From the NCBI RefSeq assembly GCF_000179635.2, contig NC_014833.1:1560001-1592000 (forward strand): a stretch of DNA of 32,000 nt, in the 5' to 3' direction. The notes beneath the pieces were generated by a model. It was not told where the DNA came from and did not search any database. It saw only the letters and a list, made by a program, of their open reading frames with translations. Shown here piece by piece: positions 17,013-24,943 of the stretch (positions within the stretch are counted from its first letter, which is position 1; every line of letters begins with the position of its first letter). The DNA is from Ruminococcus albus 7 = DSM 20455 (GTDB lineage Bacteria > Bacillota > Clostridia > Oscillospirales > Ruminococcaceae). A program made the position numbers and the translations under genes.

Positions 17013-17041
17013 AAGGGGTGCTGTATTATGCAGCGCCCCTT
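17013..17041 (+). terminator. Terminator candidate after the GH9 gene
   Basis: AAGGGGTGCTG / CAGCGCCCCTT hairpin with one G-U pair and a weak T tail. Confidence 0.5.
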
Positions 17042-17054
17042 TATCATATCCGTA

Positions 17055-17106
17055 TAAAAAAGCCATAGGCGAAGAATTCTTGTCTTCACCTATGGCTTTT
17101 GATTTT
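17055..17106. terminator. Bidirectional terminator between the GH9 (+) and TraB/GumN (-) genes
   Basis: AGCCATAGG (17061-17069) pairs with CCTATGGCT (17089-17097). It is flanked by A6 on the left and TTTgaTTTT on the right. Confidence 0.7.
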
Positions 17107-17126
17107 ATGATCATGAAAATCGTTTA

Positions 17127-18233
17127 TCAGCCGATCTTTTCAACGGTATAACCCATTTTTTCAAGGAGATTATCAACGCCGTTCTCGCCGGAGTAATGAC
17201 CTGCACCTACCATGAACAGGCAGTTCTTGCCTTCCTTGAGATACTCGGAAGCCTTATCAGCCATGTACTTGTTGCGGTCATCGAGCATGACCTTCATATA
17301 AGCCTCGTGGTCATCCAGAAGATCCTTTGGCAGTTCCTCAAGATCTACATCGTCATCGAGAGGTATCTCACCGTCGCCGTTAGCCCATTTCTCAAAGAGC
17401 TCGCTGTATTCCTCAGCGAAACCTTTTATATCGTCCATATCATTAAGCATATCGCTAATAGCATAATCAGCGTATTCATCAGAATAAGCAGTGAGAGCAT
17501 CTGTCTGCATGGACAGTTCTTCGATACTGATAACTTCCTTGCCGTCTGCCTGTGCCTTGGTGATGAAATATACATCAGTTCCCGACAGCTCAACATTTTC
17601 AAGTCTGAGGAGCATAACGGTAGTCAGCTGGTTTATCCAGTAGCCTGTCTTGTACTGATCAAGCATTTTTGTGTTTGCACCTATGCTTGTGAAGTAATCC
17701 TTTGCCTTGTTATATGTTTCCTCGGAGAGGTGATCCTTAGCGGAGGTCCCGTCAGAATAAACCATGCCGTTAACATACTCCATCTGAGCGTTGACATCGT
17801 TCTGAAGGGCAGTTACATCATACTCTACTGCGATAGAATCACAGCTGTTGTAGATATCCATAAGATCTGCAGGATAATCTGATACTTCGGAGGGAAGTAC
17901 GTGTATAGTACCTAAGAGGTACATAGAGTTTCCGCTTTTGGGATCTGTCACCTTCCACAGGGGAGGATCTATCTCCTTGGTTTTGATGAATTCGTTGATG
18001 TCAGCTGTAGAACCAAAAGAATTCTCGCCTGCAGGAGCAGTTTCATCACTGGTGGTAACTGCTGTTTCATCAGCGGTAGTTACTGCTGTTTCTTCATCAC
18101 TTGTAACGGTAGTGTCGGCAGCTGATGATACTGTATCAGCCTTGCTTGAAGAATCGTCATCCTTCTTTCCGCATGAAGCGCATGAAAATGCCATTACTAT
18201 AGCAAGCGCTGCGATAAGTATTTTCTTTTCCAT
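17127..18233 (-). CDS. TraB/GumN family lipoprotein
   Basis: Lipoprotein-type signal peptide (MEKKILIAALAIVMAFSCASCGKK). TraB/GumN signatures PLWKV...SMYLLGTIHV and FMVGAGHYSGENGVDNLLEKMGYTV. An Asp/Thr-rich repetitive linker follows the lipobox. Confidence 0.88.
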   Translation of the reverse strand: MEKKILIAALAIVMAFSCASCGKKDDDSSSKADTVSSAADTTVTSDEETAVTTADETAVTTSDETAPAGENSFGSTADINEFIKTKEIDPPLWKVTDPKSGNSMYLLGTIHVLPSEVSDYPADLMDIYNSCDSIAVEYDVTALQNDVNAQMEYVNGMVYSDGTSAKDHLSEETYNKAKDYFTSIGANTKMLDQYKTGYWINQLTTVMLLRLENVELSGTDVYFITKAQADGKEVISIEELSMQTDALTAYSDEYADYAISDMLNDMDDIKGFAEEYSELFEKWANGDGEIPLDDDVDLEELPKDLLDDHEAYMKVMLDDRNKYMADKASEYLKEGKNCLFMVGAGHYSGENGVDNLLEKMGYTVEKIG

Positions 18234-18293
18234 GTTTTTATTTTCCTTTCCTGATAACTGTATACTTTTTGATAATATAAAATTAACTTAATG

Positions 18294-18322
18294 ATTATAC
18301 ACTTATCGCGCTAAAATGTCAA
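18294..18322 (-). promoter_or_regulatory. sigma-A promoter, perfect consensus (minus strand) for the TraB/GumN gene
   Basis: On the minus strand: TTGACA (complement of 18317-18322), a 17-nt spacer, TATAAT (complement of 18294-18299). Confidence 0.75.
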
Positions 18323-18634
18323 TATATATTAATCTGATTTCACCCATCAAACACAATGTTTGTAAAAATCGTCCTTAAAAAACTGAGTTGGCATCTGAAT
18401 TTTGTAAATCTTTTCCTGAGGCATGATGTGCATAATGATATAACAGTCAATGTGCTATATTATTATTATTGCAGGCATATCTGTATATGATGAGAGTATG
18501 GTAATTTGTTTGGTTTGCATAGTTAAGAATGATGCACTTTGTTTAGCTTTTTTTAGTCAGTTAATCCAGGTGGTTAATATTTTTCATTTATTGTGCTGTT
18601 TTGACCAAAAATTGCACTGATGTCTTAAATATCA

Positions 18635-18663
18635 TTGACACTTATACTAAGGTGTGGTATAAT
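18635..18663 (+). promoter_or_regulatory. sigma-A promoter, perfect consensus with extended -10, for the GH10 gene
   Basis: TTGACA at 18635-18640, a 17-nt spacer, TGgTATAAT with TATAAT at 18658-18663. Confidence 0.8.
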
Positions 18664-18694
18664 AAACTTAAATATTTGAGGGAGGTTATCCACC

Positions 18695-20641
18695 ATGAAT
18701 GGAAATTTAGTAAAAAAGCTGGCTGCTTATGCACTTTGCCTGACTATGGCATCTTCCATGATACCGGGTGCTGCATTTACAGCTACAGCTGAATCAGCAA
18801 GCCCTGCTTTCTCGACTGATTTCGAGGACGGAAACGTTTCGATGTTCTCAAAGCGCGGTGACAGCGATACTTCTGTTATCAAGGTCGTTGAGGACTCCGC
18901 TGCACCCAGCGGCAGCAAGGTAATGTCTGTAACAGGCAGAAGCAAGAGCTGGAACGGTCCTTCGATAGCACTGGAGGGTATACTTGAACCTTACGTTAAG
19001 TATGACATCACCGTTAAGGTAAAGGCACAGTGGTATAACACTGTCTGCATCTCGATGCAGCATACGCCCGCAGGCTCAGACTCGCCCCAGTACACTAACC
19101 TCGCAAAAGCCGTTTCACAGGGCGATTATGTTGAGCTGAGCGCCAGCTTCTCCTACGGCTCGGACGAAAAAGATGTTTCGCTGTATATTGAAACAACAGG
19201 CGATGCAAACGATCTGTACATAGACGATCTTACCATATGTGAGTCGCCCAACAATCTTGATCTGACTGCACCTTCACTTAAAAATGTTTACGGCGATATG
19301 TTCAAATTCGGCACTGCTACCACTGTTTCCGAACTTGCACCAAAGTCTACAAAGGCACTTATCAAAAAGCATTTCAACAGCCTTACAGCAGGCAACGAGC
19401 TGAAGCCTGACAGCGTTCTCGACCAACAGGCTTGCCTAGCACTGGCGGCATCGGGCGATGACGAAAACCCGCAGGTAACTCTTGACGCTGCAAAGCCCAT
19501 ACTCGACTTTGCCCGCGATAACAATATCCCCATGAGAGGTCACGTCCTGGTATGGCACCAGCAGACTCCTATCTGGTTCTTCAAAGAAAACTATGATGCC
19601 AACGGCGAGTGGGTATCTAAGGAAAAGATGCTCAGACGTATGGAAAACTACATCAAGAACGTTTTCACCGCAGTAAAGAAAGAATATCCCGATGTTGACT
19701 TCTATGCGTGGGACGTTGTGAACGAGTGCTTCACCGATGCGGGTGCGCCCAGAAATCCCGGCGTTCCTGATTCTTCCAACGGTTATCAGTCATCTCCGTG
19801 GGTGCAGATCTTCGGTGACAACTCATTCATCAAGCCTGCATTCATATACGCTAAGAAGTATGCTCCCTCAGGCTGCAAGCTCTACTACAATGACTATAAC
19901 GAGTATATGCAGAAGAGCGATGCTATCGTAAAACTGTGCCAGGATATCAATTCCAGCGGTCACTACATCGACGGCATCGGTATGCAGTCGCATCTGAACG
20001 TTACCAACAACGGCGGTTCTGATCCGTTCCCGAGCGTAAGTATGTACAGACAGGCACTTGACAAGTTCAGCAAGACCGGTCTTGATATACAGATCACAGA
20101 GCTGGATGCTACTGTAAACAACAAGAGGTTCGATCTCCAGGCTAAGTACTACAGCGACATCATGGATGCTATAGTTGATTACAAGGACTATGTTTCTGCG
20201 GTTGTTGTTTGGGGTACTACTGATGACCTCAGCTGGAGAGCTGACCGTGATCCGCTGTTGTTCAACCAGGATTACTCGGTAAAGCCTTGCTTTGAGTCTA
20301 TCGTTGACGGTATCGAGTATACCGAAACTGAAAACGAAAATGAAAATGATCCCGATCCTGTTGATACTTATCCTACAAATGTTAAGGCAAATTACAGTAC
20401 AAAGTATCACCAGATACAGTTCGTATGGGACAAGGTCAAGGGCGCTGACAAGTACGGTATCGCTGTATATCTGGCAGGCAAGTGGAGAGTTCAGACCACT
20501 AACATCACAAATAACAGCTATGTAACTCCCAAGAACCTGACTCCCGGCATGACCTATAAGGTTGCAGTTGCTGCAAGAGTTAACGGTAAGTGGGATACTA
20601 CTAACGCTATCAAGAACGCTATCACTGTTACTGTTCAGTAA
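18695..20641 (+). CDS. Secreted endo-1,4-beta-xylanase: signal peptide - CBM22-like - GH10 - Fn3-like C-terminal domain (no dockerin)
   Basis: GH10 signatures GHVLVWHQQTP, WDVVNE (acid/base) and ITELD (nucleophile). The N-terminal FSTDFEDG...SWNGPS...DLYIDDLTI module is CBM22-like. The C-terminal ~90 aa (YPTNVKANYS...WDKVKGADKYGIAVY...LTPGMTYKVAVAA) is Fn3-like. Confidence 0.95.
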   Translation: MNGNLVKKLAAYALCLTMASSMIPGAAFTATAESASPAFSTDFEDGNVSMFSKRGDSDTSVIKVVEDSAAPSGSKVMSVTGRSKSWNGPSIALEGILEPYVKYDITVKVKAQWYNTVCISMQHTPAGSDSPQYTNLAKAVSQGDYVELSASFSYGSDEKDVSLYIETTGDANDLYIDDLTICESPNNLDLTAPSLKNVYGDMFKFGTATTVSELAPKSTKALIKKHFNSLTAGNELKPDSVLDQQACLALAASGDDENPQVTLDAAKPILDFARDNNIPMRGHVLVWHQQTPIWFFKENYDANGEWVSKEKMLRRMENYIKNVFTAVKKEYPDVDFYAWDVVNECFTDAGAPRNPGVPDSSNGYQSSPWVQIFGDNSFIKPAFIYAKKYAPSGCKLYYNDYNEYMQKSDAIVKLCQDINSSGHYIDGIGMQSHLNVTNNGGSDPFPSVSMYRQALDKFSKTGLDIQITELDATVNNKRFDLQAKYYSDIMDAIVDYKDYVSAVVVWGTTDDLSWRADRDPLLFNQDYSVKPCFESIVDGIEYTETENENENDPDPVDTYPTNVKANYSTKYHQIQFVWDKVKGADKYGIAVYLAGKWRVQTTNITNNSYVTPKNLTPGMTYKVAVAARVNGKWDTTNAIKNAITVTVQ

Positions 20642-20661
20642 TATTATTTCACAGACCTATA

Positions 20662-20691
20662 ACGGCAGTTCCTTCGGGAACTGCCGTTTTT
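20662..20691 (+). terminator. Rho-independent terminator after the GH10 gene
   Basis: ACGGCAGTTCC-ttcg-GGAACTGCCGT, a perfect 11-bp stem with a tetraloop, followed by TTTTTGTT. Confidence 0.9.
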
Positions 20692-20795
20692 GTTCGGATT
20701 TAAACATACTAATATGATAGAATTAATATGTTATTTACATCGCGGTTCTTGAAATGTTCACCAAATGGAGATATTATTATAATGAGGTGAAGTAT

Positions 20796-21821
20796 ATGGA
20801 AGAAACTGTCATAAATAATATAACGCCGCAAGCGTTTCTTTCGGTGGCAAAGAGCGGTGTAACTATAGTTGATATACGTGAAAGGGATGAGGTTATCACA
20901 AACCCTGTTGCAGGGGCTGTGAATATACCATTTTCTGAGATCTCAAAACGGCTTTCGGAACTTGACAAGGCAAAACCTGTTTATGTTCTGTGCAGGACAG
21001 GGGAGCTTAGCGGGGAGGTCACTGAGATACTTTCTGACCGCGGATATGAGGCATTTAATATCGAGGGCGGATATGAAGCTGTAAGTGAGTACATCAAAAA
21101 TGCACCGCCGGCTGTTCTTGATCTTAAAGGTATACGATGTCCCGGTCCTGTTGTAAGGACGGCGGAGATACTTAGTGATATGCAGTTCGGTCAGCGTGTG
21201 CTGATAACTTCTGATGAAAGTGCTTTTTCTTCCGATATAGCTGTATGGTGCGAAAGAACAGGGAATACCCTTATAAACCTTGAAAACAGGGGAGGGGAGA
21301 TAAGTGCCCTGATAGAGAGAAACTATGCGGCAAAGCAGAACGCAGAGCGTCCTGACGGAAAGACCTTCGTACTGTTCAGCGGAGATCTTGATAAAACGAT
21401 AGCTGCATTCATTATGGCTAATGCGGCAGCTTCAATGGGAAGAAAGGTCACACTGTTTTTTACTTTCTGGGGGCTGAATATACTGCGCCGCCATGAAAAA
21501 GTGAAGGTCAGGAAGAATATAATAGAGAAGATGTTCGGCTTAATGATGCCGAGAGGTACGAAGCGGTTGGGATTGTCGCGGATGAATATGGGCGGCATGG
21601 GTGCTAAGATGATACGCGGCATCATGAAAAGCAAGGGTGTGGATACTCTTGAGGGATTGATGGAGTCTGCGAAAAAGCAGGGGGTACGTCTGGTGGCTTG
21701 TCAGATGTCAATGGATATAATGGGTATAAGGCAGGAGGAGCTTATTGACGGCGTAGAACTTGGCGGCGCTGCGACTTTCATAGGCTCGGGAGAGCAGAGC
21801 GATATGAGTTTGTTCATATAA
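20796..21821 (+). CDS. Fused sulfur-carrier protein: rhodanese - TusA/SirA-like - DsrE/DsrF-like
   Basis: Rhodanese active-site loop VLCRTGELS. TusA motif LKGIRCPGP (CPxP). The DsrE/F-like C-terminal half is FVLFSGDLDKTIAAFIMANAAASMGRKVTLFFTFWGLNIL. The ATG at 20796 (MEETV) follows a GAGGTG SD. Confidence 0.88.
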   Translation: MEETVINNITPQAFLSVAKSGVTIVDIRERDEVITNPVAGAVNIPFSEISKRLSELDKAKPVYVLCRTGELSGEVTEILSDRGYEAFNIEGGYEAVSEYIKNAPPAVLDLKGIRCPGPVVRTAEILSDMQFGQRVLITSDESAFSSDIAVWCERTGNTLINLENRGGEISALIERNYAAKQNAERPDGKTFVLFSGDLDKTIAAFIMANAAASMGRKVTLFFTFWGLNILRRHEKVKVRKNIIEKMFGLMMPRGTKRLGLSRMNMGGMGAKMIRGIMKSKGVDTLEGLMESAKKQGVRLVACQMSMDIMGIRQEELIDGVELGGAATFIGSGEQSDMSLFI

Positions 21822-21838
21822 GTAAAGGTGGGGAAAGT

Positions 21839-22432
21839 ATGATAACAAGAAATGAAGCATTTGAACTTCTGAAAAAATACAACAAGGATCATTTTCATTT
21901 GCAGCACGCACTGACGGTCGAGGCTGTTATGAAGTGGTATGCAAATGAACTGGGATACGGTGATGAAGCCGAATATTGGGGCATTACGGGACTTCTGCAT
22001 GATATCGACTTTGAGATATATCCTGAGGAACACTGTATAAAAGCTCCCGAACTTCTGCGTGAAGGCGGTGTGAGCGAGGATATCATCCATGCAGTATGTT
22101 CACACGGATATGGCATAACCGTGGGCTGTGGTGTTACTATCGAAGTAGAGCCTATACATGAAATGGAAAAGGTACTGTTTGCTGCTGATGAGCTGACAGG
22201 CCTTATAGGTGCGGCTGCTCTTATGCGCCCTTCTAGGAGTACCAAGGATATGGAGCTGAAGTCGTTGAAAAAGAAGTATAAGAGTAAGGGATTCGCTGCA
22301 GGCTGTTCCAGGGATGTGATCGAGCGCGGTGCCGACCAGTTGGGCTGGGAGCTTGACAAGCTGCTGATCTTGACCCTTCAGGCGATGGCTGATACAGAAG
22401 ACGAGATAAACAGAAAGATGGAGGAGCTTTGA
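21839..22432 (+). CDS. HD-domain (HDIG-type) metal-dependent phosphohydrolase
   Basis: H...HD metal-binding pattern (LQHALTVEAV ... GLLHDIDFE ... CSHGYG). 197 aa. Starts 17 nt after the previous gene. Confidence 0.85.
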   Translation: MITRNEAFELLKKYNKDHFHLQHALTVEAVMKWYANELGYGDEAEYWGITGLLHDIDFEIYPEEHCIKAPELLREGGVSEDIIHAVCSHGYGITVGCGVTIEVEPIHEMEKVLFAADELTGLIGAAALMRPSRSTKDMELKSLKKKYKSKGFAAGCSRDVIERGADQLGWELDKLLILTLQAMADTEDEINRKMEEL

Positions 22433-22433
22433 T

Positions 22434-23192
22434 ATGCTTGACCAGTTTTCAAGGACACAGCTGCTTCTGGGCAGAGATGGTATGGACAAGTTGGCACAGG
22501 CACGTGTGGCTGTGTTCGGTATAGGCGGTGTGGGCGGATATGTATGCGAGGCGCTGGTGCGAAGCGGAGTTCGTAAGTTCGATCTTATAGATGATGACAA
22601 GGTGTGCCTGACTAATCTCAACCGCCAGATAATAGCTACAAGAAAGACCGTTGGAAAATACAAGGCGGAGGTAATGGAGGAGCGCATGAGGGAGATAAAT
22701 CCCGATATAGATGTGCGTGTACACAAATGCTTTTTCCTGCCTGAAAATGAGGATGAGTTTCCCTTTGAGGAGTACGATTATATTGTCGATGCAGTGGATA
22801 CGGTAACCGCGAAGCTGGCGCTGGTGATGAAGGCGAAGGGAATGGATATACCAATAATATGCAGTATGGGTGCAGGCAACAAGCTGGATCCTACGGGCTT
22901 CAGGGTTGCTGATATATATGATACCCGAATGTGCCCTCTTGCGAAGGTCATGCGTATCGAGTGCCGAAAGCGCAAGGTGAAAAAACTGAAAGTGGTATAT
23001 TCAGAAGAAAAGCCTACACGTCCGATAGAGGATATGTCAATATCATGTCGAACACACTGTATATGTCCGCCGGGTGCAAAGCACAAGTGTACCGAGCGAA
23101 GGGATATACCCGGAAGTACTGCATTTGTGCCTTCTGTTGTGGGACTTATAATCGCAGGTGAGGTAGTAAAGGATATCTGCAGAGGGAAGTAG
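22434..23192 (+). CDS. tcdA: tRNA threonylcarbamoyladenosine dehydratase (ThiF/E1-like, TcdA/CsdL family)
   Basis: N-terminus FSRTQLLLGRDGMDKLAQARVAVFGIGGVGGYVCEALVRSGVRKFDLIDDDKVCLTNLNRQ is the TcdA-type Rossmann/E1 fold. ~250 aa. Starts 1 nt after the HD gene stop. Confidence 0.9.
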   Translation: MLDQFSRTQLLLGRDGMDKLAQARVAVFGIGGVGGYVCEALVRSGVRKFDLIDDDKVCLTNLNRQIIATRKTVGKYKAEVMEERMREINPDIDVRVHKCFFLPENEDEFPFEEYDYIVDAVDTVTAKLALVMKAKGMDIPIICSMGAGNKLDPTGFRVADIYDTRMCPLAKVMRIECRKRKVKKLKVVYSEEKPTRPIEDMSISCRTHCICPPGAKHKCTERRDIPGSTAFVPSVVGLIIAGEVVKDICRGK

Positions 23193-23373
23193 TATATTAT
23201 CGCTGTAAATCATAGTAAATATATCTCAATTAACGGATCATCCGTAAAGGGGTATTTGAATGAAACGAAGCTAGAAAAGTATTTCGGATAAGGTGCTTTC
23301 GGGCTTAAAACAAAGCATAGAAAGTGCCTGAAATATTTTTTTCAAAAAAACAAAAATTTTTTTGAAAAAACCC

Positions 23374-23402
23374 TTGACAAACAGAACACAATATGCTATA
23401 AT
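23374..23402 (+). promoter_or_regulatory. sigma-A promoter, perfect consensus with extended -10, for tRNA-Ser
   Basis: TTGACA at 23374-23379, a 17-nt spacer, TGcTATAAT with TATAAT at 23397-23402. It is preceded by phased A/T tracts (23336-23370) that look like an UP element. Confidence 0.8.
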
Positions 23403-23439
23403 AATTAAGCTGTGAGAAACACAGAGAACAAAAACCGAT

Positions 23440-23532
23440 GGAGAAGTCGCCTAGCCCGGTTTATGGCGCACGACTGGAACTCGTGTATGGGTTAATAGCT
23501 CATCGAGGGTTCGAATCCCTCCTTCTCCGCCA
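23440..23532 (+). tRNA. tRNA-Ser (anticodon GGA), class II with long variable arm, CCA encoded
   Basis: Hand-folded. Acceptor GGAGAAG/CTTCTCC. Anticodon stem CACGA/TCGTG with loop CTGGAAC, giving anticodon GGA. Long variable arm ATGGG..CTCAT. T-arm GAGGG-TTCGAAT-CCCTC. Discriminator G, then CCA. Confidence 0.95.
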
Positions 23533-23563
23533 ACCTATGAAGTCAAAAAAGATGATTTCACTT

Positions 23564-23589
23564 AAAAGCGCGTATTTACGCGCTTTTTT
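23564..23589 (+). terminator. Rho-independent terminator after tRNA-Ser
   Basis: AGCGCGT (23567-23573) pairs with ACGCGCT (23578-23584), followed by a T6 run. An A-run precedes the stem. Confidence 0.8.
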
Positions 23590-23753
23590 GTTGCCCTGAA
23601 ACAGAAATTTTATATATGAAAACCGAAGATGATTTTTGGTATAAAATGCCTTTGGACAGGATTCGAACTCTTTTTTGGAGCGTTTCAAGAAGAATAGAAG
23701 ATTTTTTGAAGGGAAACAACTCAAATTTACATCAAAAGTTTCACAAACTTTTC

Positions 23754-23815
23754 AGCCCGAATTTGGTGCTTTTCACGAAATGTGAGAACACCGGATTCGG
23801 GCTTTTTTTATTTTT
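23754..23815 (+). terminator. Strong intrinsic terminator/attenuator 27 nt upstream of the amidoligase ATG
   Basis: AGCCCGAATTTGGTG (23754-23768) pairs with CACCGGATTCGGGCT (23789-23803), a 15-bp stem including 2 G-U pairs. It is followed by T7-A-T5 (23803-23815). Confidence 0.75.
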
Positions 23816-23841
23816 ACATATCAAAGAATGGAGGTGAAAGA

Positions 23842-24933
23842 ATGCCGGGAAATTTTGATGGGATAAAAAATAGAAAATTCGGAATCGAGATCGAGATGAC
23901 TGGTATAACAAGGTGCGAAGCTGCTAAAGCAATAAAAAAAGTTCTTGGAGGTGATATAGATCATGTGGGCGGCACCTACGACAAATACACTGTAGGTGAT
24001 GACAAAGGAAGAAAATGGCAGATAGTCTTCGATAGCAGCATTTATGCCCGAAAGAAAAACGGAGATCTTGCCAGTGACTATTACAAGGTAGAGCTTAACT
24101 CTCCCGTACTAGAATATGAGGACTTTGATCTGCTGCAAAATGTTATTCGAGCCCTGAGAAAAACAGGAGCAATAACAGGACCAGATTATGACTGCGGTAC
24201 TCATATCCATATTGATGCATCGGACTACACGCCGCAGCAGATAAGAAACCTTGTAAACCTATGGTCAAGCAAAGAGGATTTCTTGTGGGACGCTCTTCAG
24301 GTATCATCCGCAAGATCAAACTACTGCAAAAAGATCAACCGAACGTTTGTGTATCAGCTCAATCAAAAAAAGCCAAAGACTCTGGATAAGATCAGTGATC
24401 TTTGGTATGCCGAGACTTCAAACAGCCGCTATAACCACTATAATCCGACAAGGTACCATGCTTTGAATCTGCATTCCTTCTTTCAGCACGGACATTACGA
24501 GATAAGAGCCTGCAATGCATCGCTCCATGCTGGAGAGGTAAAGGCGCAGGTATTACTTGCGCTTGCTATCTCAAATGCGGCTGTGACAAAAAAATATTGT
24601 TCCCCTGCTGTATCGCATTCTGACAATATGCGGTACAGCTTTCGTGTTTTTCTGCTGAATTTAGGATTTATCGGTGATGAGTTCAAGAACTATCGGGCTC
24701 ATCTTCTGAAGCACCTTTCCGGGAATATAGCGTGGCGTCACCCAGAAGATGCTATTGCACAGAGAGAACGTCTGAAAGCAGAACGAGAAGCCGCTCGTAA
24801 CGAGCGTGTGCGCCCTGTGTCGCAATACACGGACGAGTTCGGGGAAACACACGATGAGGAACAAACCGCCCCTGTGGACGATTTGTCGGGCAGTTTTGGG
24901 GAAGATGAATCTGCAGTTACAATGAATATGTAG
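23842..24933 (+). CDS. Amidoligase family protein (Pfam Amidoligase_2-like, glutamine-synthetase-like carboxylate-amine ligase fold) with acidic C-terminal tail
   Basis: N-terminal RKFGIEIEMTG, ...KWQIVFDSS..., VELNSPVL and CGTHIHID match the conserved blocks of the mobile-element amidoligase family as I recall them. The ATG at 23842 follows a GGAGGTG SD. The start at 23782 in the ORF track would lie inside the terminator hairpin. Confidence 0.85.
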   Translation: MPGNFDGIKNRKFGIEIEMTGITRCEAAKAIKKVLGGDIDHVGGTYDKYTVGDDKGRKWQIVFDSSIYARKKNGDLASDYYKVELNSPVLEYEDFDLLQNVIRALRKTGAITGPDYDCGTHIHIDASDYTPQQIRNLVNLWSSKEDFLWDALQVSSARSNYCKKINRTFVYQLNQKKPKTLDKISDLWYAETSNSRYNHYNPTRYHALNLHSFFQHGHYEIRACNASLHAGEVKAQVLLALAISNAAVTKKYCSPAVSHSDNMRYSFRVFLLNLGFIGDEFKNYRAHLLKHLSGNIAWRHPEDAIAQRERLKAEREAARNERVRPVSQYTDEFGETHDEEQTAPVDDLSGSFGEDESAVTMNM

Positions 24934-24943
24934 AGGTGAGAAA

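Noticed and set aside
17196-17882. 228-aa plus-strand ORF
   Set aside because: It is antisense to the TraB/GumN gene. It has no SD and no recognisable motifs.
19868-20410. 180-aa minus-strand ORF
   Set aside because: It is antisense to the GH10 catalytic domain, so it is a shadow ORF.
22100-22726. 208-aa minus-strand ORF spanning the HD/tcdA junction
   Set aside because: It is antisense to two well-supported genes. Its Ser/Pro/Arg-rich composition is typical of antisense frames.
23650-23675. ggacaggattcgaactc, resembling the reverse complement of a tRNA T-arm, considered as a duplicated att core
   Set aside because: The flanks do not form a T-stem or acceptor stem. The segment has no extended identity to the 3' end of the adjacent tRNA-Ser.
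23500-23724. 74-aa minus-strand ORF
   Set aside because: Its 3' part is the antisense of the tRNA-Ser gene, and it runs across the tRNA terminator.
23616-23837. 73-aa plus-strand ORF in the leader, and the 23782 start proposed for the amidoligase ORF
   Set aside because: Both read through the strong terminator hairpin and T-run at 23754-23815. The amidoligase has a proper GGAGGTG SD and an ATG at 23842.
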